From the NCBI GenBank assembly GCA_031429315.1, contig JANOZJ010000401.1, positions 4,658 through 68,657 of the forward strand: a stretch of 64,000 bases of DNA. The letters run 5' to 3'. The notes under the pieces are model-generated. The model was not told the DNA's origin. It did no database searches and saw only the letters and a list, made by a program, of their open reading frames with translations. This document shows, piece by piece, positions 59,510 through 64,000 of this stretch (position 1 is its first letter; each line of letters starts with the position of its first letter). This DNA is from Akkermansiaceae bacterium (GTDB lineage Bacteria > Verrucomicrobiota > Verrucomicrobiia > Verrucomicrobiales > Akkermansiaceae). Made by a program: the position numbers and the translations under genes.

Positions 59510-62245
59510 ATGGTGGAGCAAGGCAGGACGGATAACACATGGACGCGCGGCCAGCGCTGGGTGAGCGATGGCGAGCCGGAACTCGGCCTCGGCATCATCC
59601 GCAAGAGTGGCGACGGGCGGGTGGAAATCGCATTCCCGGCGGCAGGCGAGACGCGGATCTACGCCATCGACACCGCGCCGTTGCGGCGGGTCAGGTTCAT
59701 GCCCGGCGACCGGATCAAGAATCACGTGGGCACGGAGATGACCGTCGAGCGGGTGAGGGAAGAGCGCGGCTTGCGGGTCTATGAAACCCACGACGGCGAT
59801 GTTCCCGAGGCCGATCTATCCGACTCTATCAGTTTCAGTAAACCCGAGGAACGCCTGTTCGGGGGCAAGCTCGACGACCATGGCGATTTCGACCTGCGCG
59901 GTGAGGCGCTGCGCCGTCGCGCGGACATGCGGCGCTCGCCGGTGCGTGGTTTGGCCGGCGCGCGGATGGATTTGATCCCGCACCAGCTATTCATCGCCGA
60001 CGAGGTGGCGAACCGGGCGAAGCCGCGGGTGCTGTTAGCCGATCAGGTGGGCTTGGGGAAAACCATCGAGGCGTGTTTGATTCTGCATCGGCTGATTCTA
60101 ACCGGCCGGGCCGGGCGCGTGCTCATCCTGGTGCCGGAGCCGCTGGTCCACCAATGGTTCGTGGAATTGCTGCGGCGGTTCCAGCTTTCCTTCAGCCTCT
60201 ATGATGAAGAACGCTGCGAAGCGATCGAGTATGGCGATCCCGGGTGCAATCCGTTTCTCGACAGCCAGTGGGTGCTCGCCGCCGTGGATTTTCTAGCAGG
60301 AAACGAACAACGCGCGGCACAGGCGCGCGAGGCGGGTTGGGATGTGTTGGTGGTGGATGAGGCGCACCATTTGGAATGGTCGCCGGACGCCGCCGGACCG
60401 GCGTATGAGATGGTGCGCGGTCTCGCGGAAACCACGGAGAGCCTGTTGCTTCTAACGGCCACTCCGCAGCAACTCGGGCCGGAGGGTCATTTCGCGCGGT
60501 TGCAATTGCTGGACCCGGACCGCTATGCCGATCTCCAACAGTATCGCGAGGAGACGCTGCATTATGAGGAAGTGGCGGATTTGGTGGAGTCGCTGGCTGC
60601 GGAAGTACAGGCAGGAATGCCTATGTCACGCTTGCAGGGCTTCGTCGCGGGACATCCGCGCTTGGAAGGCCGGGTGGCGGATTTGTTAGCGGACAAGCCG
60701 GACGCCCGCGAGCGCTTGATTGCGGATCTGTTGGACGGCTTCGGCGTGGGACGCGTGATGTTCCGCAACACGCGGGCCAAGCTTGGCGGCTTCCCGCAAC
60801 GCGAGCCGCGGATCGTTGCCGTGGCGGTCAAGTTGGTGTGGTTGGGCGAACTGTTGGAAAAGCTCGGCGAGGAAAAAATCCTGGTCATCACCAAGACCCG
60901 CGAGCTGGCGGAGGAGGTGCTCGAAGCACTCCATACGGCGACGGGTGTGCAAGGTGTGCTGTTTCACGAAGATCTAACATTGCTCCAGCGCGACCGCAAC
61001 GCGGCGTTCTTTTCCGAGAAGGACGGCGCGCGGATTCTGGTGTGCTCGGAGATCGGCAGCGAGGGCCGCAATTTCCAATTTGCCCGGCATCTCGTGCTCT
61101 ATGATCTGCCGGAAGATGTGGATCTGCTAGAGCAGCGGATCGGTCGTTTGGATCGGATCGGCCAGAAGGGCACGATCCAAGTCCACGTCCCGTATTTACC
61201 CGGCACGGATGAGGAAATCCGAATGCGTTGGCTGGAGGAAGGGCTAGACGCCTTCCGTGCCAGCCCTCCCGGCGCGGCGGAGATCCAGCGCGAGCTGCGC
61301 TTCGACCTGGAGGAAGCGATCGGCGAGCGCGAGGGCATCGATGAGCTGATCGAAAAGACCCTCGCCTGTCGCAAACGGATATTCGAACGCCTGGCCCGCG
61401 GGCAGGATCGGCTGTTGGAACGGAGCTCGCACCGGCCTGCTAGATCGGCGTGGCTGGTGGCGAAGATCCGCGAGTGGGATGAGGACCCGGGCTTCGAGGA
61501 TTTCCTGCTGCGCTTGTTCGAGTTCTCCGGCCTGCACATCGAGGAACTCGGCCGCCGCCGCTATTTCCTGCTGCCGGGGAATTTGAAATCCGACGCGTTT
61601 CCCTCGCTGCCACAGGACGGCATGACCGTCACGCTCGACCGCCAACGGGCGCTGGAACGCGAACAGGAAGCCTTTCTAACTTGGGATCACCCGATGGTCC
61701 GCGGCGCTCTCGATCTGATGTTAGGCTCCGCGGCGGGCAACGCGACCTTCGGCGTCTGGGACTCCACCGGCGACAAGATGATTCTGCTAGAGTCATGGCT
61801 GGTCGTCGAGTGCGTGGCTCCGGCGTGCTTGCACGTCGAGCGTTTCCTGCCCCAGACCCCGCTGCGGATCATCGTCGATCACAAGGGCGGCGATCATTCG
61901 GCTAGCGCAGCGTTCGCCAAGCCACCGCTGCGGAAAGGCGATGCCGCCGCTTTGTTGCGGAACGAGAAAGTGAAGCGGACATTCCTGCCCGCCATGCTGG
62001 ATCAGGCGCGGACACTCGGCACTGAGAAAAGCCACGCCATCATCGGGAAAGCCATGACCCTGATGCGTGCTGAAATGACCGCGGAAATCGCCCGCCTCCA
62101 CGACCTCGCCGAAGTCAACGACCACATCAAGCCGGAGGAAATCACCGCGCTCGAAGACCGCGAATCCGAACTCGCCGCCGTGATTGCAAACGCCCGCGTC
62201 CGCCTCGACGCCGTGCGCTTGATCTGGAAAGCGCCGCCCGGTTAA
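59510..62245 (+). CDS. rapA: RNA polymerase-associated SWI2/SNF2 ATPase RapA (HepA)
   Basis: GQRWVSDGEPELGLG, APLRRVRF..GD, PRVLLADQVGLGKTIEA, VDEAHHL, LLTATP.QLG, CSEIGSEGRNFQFA, LEQRIGRLDRIGQ, FLTWDHPMV, RLDAVRLI. Confidence 0.95.
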   Translation: MVEQGRTDNTWTRGQRWVSDGEPELGLGIIRKSGDGRVEIAFPAAGETRIYAIDTAPLRRVRFMPGDRIKNHVGTEMTVERVREERGLRVYETHDGDVPEADLSDSISFSKPEERLFGGKLDDHGDFDLRGEALRRRADMRRSPVRGLAGARMDLIPHQLFIADEVANRAKPRVLLADQVGLGKTIEACLILHRLILTGRAGRVLILVPEPLVHQWFVELLRRFQLSFSLYDEERCEAIEYGDPGCNPFLDSQWVLAAVDFLAGNEQRAAQAREAGWDVLVVDEAHHLEWSPDAAGPAYEMVRGLAETTESLLLLTATPQQLGPEGHFARLQLLDPDRYADLQQYREETLHYEEVADLVESLAAEVQAGMPMSRLQGFVAGHPRLEGRVADLLADKPDARERLIADLLDGFGVGRVMFRNTRAKLGGFPQREPRIVAVAVKLVWLGELLEKLGEEKILVITKTRELAEEVLEALHTATGVQGVLFHEDLTLLQRDRNAAFFSEKDGARILVCSEIGSEGRNFQFARHLVLYDLPEDVDLLEQRIGRLDRIGQKGTIQVHVPYLPGTDEEIRMRWLEEGLDAFRASPPGAAEIQRELRFDLEEAIGEREGIDELIEKTLACRKRIFERLARGQDRLLERSSHRPARSAWLVAKIREWDEDPGFEDFLLRLFEFSGLHIEELGRRRYFLLPGNLKSDAFPSLPQDGMTVTLDRQRALEREQEAFLTWDHPMVRGALDLMLGSAAGNATFGVWDSTGDKMILLESWLVVECVAPACLHVERFLPQTPLRIIVDHKGGDHSASAAFAKPPLRKGDAAALLRNEKVKRTFLPAMLDQARTLGTEKSHAIIGKAMTLMRAEMTAEIARLHDLAEVNDHIKPEEITALEDRESELAAVIANARVRLDAVRLIWKAPPG

Positions 62246-62613
62246 TGGAAATCAGGCAATTGGGGCGGGGCGGGCGAAGGAAGCTCAAGGAAGGGCGATA
62301 TCAGATCGCCTCCCGATGGCGAGAGCGGGAGACGGCGGCCTCCGGCCAGCCAGAGAGTTCTCATGGTGTAGAGGCGTGATCGGCCGATTCCGAGCCGGAC
62401 ACCCTCGAACAGTACACCAAGAAGGCGGCCACCGGCCTGAGTTCCCGCAGCGGACTGGAGGGGATGAGCGAGATCCAGATGCTCGATGTGACCATCCCGG
62501 AGTTGCCGTTCGATATCCTCAAACGGATAGCCGTAACGCAGAATCAAATCCCGCTCCCAGCGGTTGATCACGATGGTTACTGGATCGACGTCGTTTCGTC
62601 GGCGAAGGGTCAT
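62242..62613 (-). CDS. Small hypothetical ORF or gene remnant
   Basis: 123-aa ORF. The first ~50 aa look protein-like (VTIVINRWERDLILRYGYPFEDIERQL); the rest looks like read-through. Confidence 0.25.
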   Translation of the reverse strand: MTLRRRNDVDPVTIVINRWERDLILRYGYPFEDIERQLRDGHIEHLDLAHPLQSAAGTQAGGRLLGVLFEGVRLGIGRSRLYTMRTLWLAGGRRLPLSPSGGDLISPFLELPSPAPPQLPDFH

Positions 62614-62675
62614 CTGGATGGAGGGGATTCAGCTTTAAATGGCGAGGGCGAAGGCGGCCAATCGATTCTCACGAA

Positions 62676-63316
62676 TCAAGCGATTCCCTTGCGCAGATCC
62701 CTCAAACTCCACAAATCCCCGCTCGCTGACTCGGAATTTCCTTTCAGCCGTCTTGCCCCGGTTTTGCGCATCGGTCCGAAACGCTCTCTGGACTTCATAA
62801 ACGCCTCGTCCACAAAACTCCGGCTCCCGACATCAGTAGTTTCCGATATTCCTTTGAAACTCCGCTCGCCCACAAATTCGCATCCGCCCCGATCCCCTGA
62901 TGCGCCCGAAGTGCTCGCACCAGACCGGCCCGCGCTGTTTTCCCGTTGCCCTTCGATCCGCCGCCGCTCGCCTCGCCGTAGCTACTCCAACGGTAATCCG
63001 CCAATTCCTTCGCCACCCCGGCCACGAACGCCTCACTGTATATCGCCGACAACCGCTTCAACAGTTCCTCATCCGACAACCCGCCCTCCGCCATCGGCGG
63101 TACTTCCAGCAGGAGGTGGAAGTGGTTGCACATCAGGCAATAGGAAGCAACCCGGCAACCGGTAAATTTCTCCTGCAAGCGCATCAACGCCCGGAATTTC
63201 TCCTTTTCCTCGGGCCCGAACGCGAATCGTCGCTCCACTACGCGGGAAATCACGTGGTAAAACACCGGTTTCCCCGCAGATTTCCTCCACTCCGCCAGCC
63301 ATCGCGCCTTTCTCAT
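62676..63316 (-). pseudogene. RAYT/IS200-like Y1 HUH transposase, internally deleted and frameshifted
   Basis: YHVISRVV..F, YCLMCNHFHLLL (HUH). The sequence jumps straight to DYRWSSY, so the expected catalytic Y..NPV.A segment is missing. The tail GSRSFVDEAF...LWSLRDLR is in another frame (62676-62873). Confidence 0.8.
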
Positions 63317-63586
63317 GGGGAACACCTACCGGGGCGGGGGAGAAATGGCAAGAAAAGACTCTGACTAAAGTCCTGTCCCTCTGTCATGCCTCTGTCCTGC
63401 CCCCTTGATATCAGGCACGGGATGTCTCTCGGAATCAGTCCCGACCCGACAGCCGGATATACGCACCCAATTTAAAATATTTGTTGCCAAATCAAGGATT
63501 TGCGGCCCATCCTCCGCAAGTAGGTTCGCTGGATATTAAGCCCGGCGATCATACGAATAAATCCTGTTCGATGCAAAATTCAGATA

Positions 63587-64000
63587 ATGAAAAACACTAA
63601 ACTCTACTTGATTGGGTCTATTCTGCTGGTTCTGGCAGCGGGCCTTGGGGGATCGTATCTCGTGAAGAACTCGAGATTTGGTTCAGCGGACGTTGAGATT
63701 GCCTCATTTTCAATTTCACCCGAAGGAATTCTGAAATTGGCTACTGAGGAAGTGATCCCCCACGGATACTATACGACAGGAGTATTGTATGAGGGATCAG
63801 GCGGATCGAAAGATTATGGATCGGCGTCGGGAGACTTGACGCCTTTTGGGAAGAGGTTCAAGGGCTCCCAGTCTTCCGCATGGCCAATGGAACGAGATCC
63901 CGCAGTCAGTTTATACAAGGACTGGAAGTCTCTGTTGCTTGTAAAGATGGGTAGCGTTTATCATGTCACCGAAGGGTCCCCGCTTGTATTATTTGACTAC
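63587..64000 (+). CDS. Hypothetical membrane-anchored/exported protein, 5' part; runs off the window edge
   Basis: Not in the ORF track. Manual translation MKNTKLYLIGSILLVLAAGLGGSYLVKNSRF... is open for 138 codons to the edge. Visibly more AT-rich than the rest of the window. Confidence 0.65.
   Translation, partial: MKNTKLYLIGSILLVLAAGLGGSYLVKNSRFGSADVEIASFSISPEGILKLATEEVIPHGYYTTGVLYEGSGGSKDYGSASGDLTPFGKRFKGSQSSAWPMERDPAVSLYKDWKSLLLVKMGSVYHVTEGSPLVLFDY

Noticed and set aside
60035-60070. RapA motif I reads ADQVGLGKT rather than ADEVGLGKT
   Set aside because: A single substitution outside the GKT core, with DEAH and the other motifs intact. No evidence of inactivation.
1-64000. tRNA, rRNA, riboswitches and intrinsic terminators
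   Set aside because: No cloverleaf, rRNA-like segment or convincing hairpin-plus-U-tract was recognised by eye. A covariance-model search would be needed to exclude them.

Overview
GC-rich window whose gene content and protein style suggest Verrucomicrobia (Luteolibacter/Akkermansiaceae-like; this is an inference). Housekeeping-type genes lie at both ends. On the left are a partial apbE, a GT-C/TIGR03663-like and GT2 glycosyltransferase pair, an ElaB-like protein, an orphan histidine kinase, a DUF1501/DUF1800 pair and nth. On the right are a TPR-like protein, a GYF_2/bPH_2 membrane protein, rapA, a ParE remnant and a deleted RAYT/IS200-type transposase. Between them is a ~45 kb island (9.9-55.4 kb) of nine co-directional genes for large exported proteins. 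The best candidate for an undescribed system is the tightly packed six-gene block at 9899-41278. It encodes a triple NHL-propeller protein, an unknown exported protein, a 3.66k-aa Sec-exported giant, an RTX/Calx-beta Ca2+-binding protein, a parvulin-type PPIase lipoprotein and a 2.7k-aa repeat autotransporter. The C-terminal ~650 aa of the giant look like the pore-forming coiled-coil/hydrophobic hairpin plus terminal domain of Tc-toxin A subunits, yet no TcB/TcC (RHS/YD) genes are present. Other observations include nested domain insertions, a shared C-terminal domain on five exported proteins, recent duplications, perfect palindromes at two gene starts and a REP/MITE-like element in two copies. 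All family calls come from motif recognition by eye; no searches were run.
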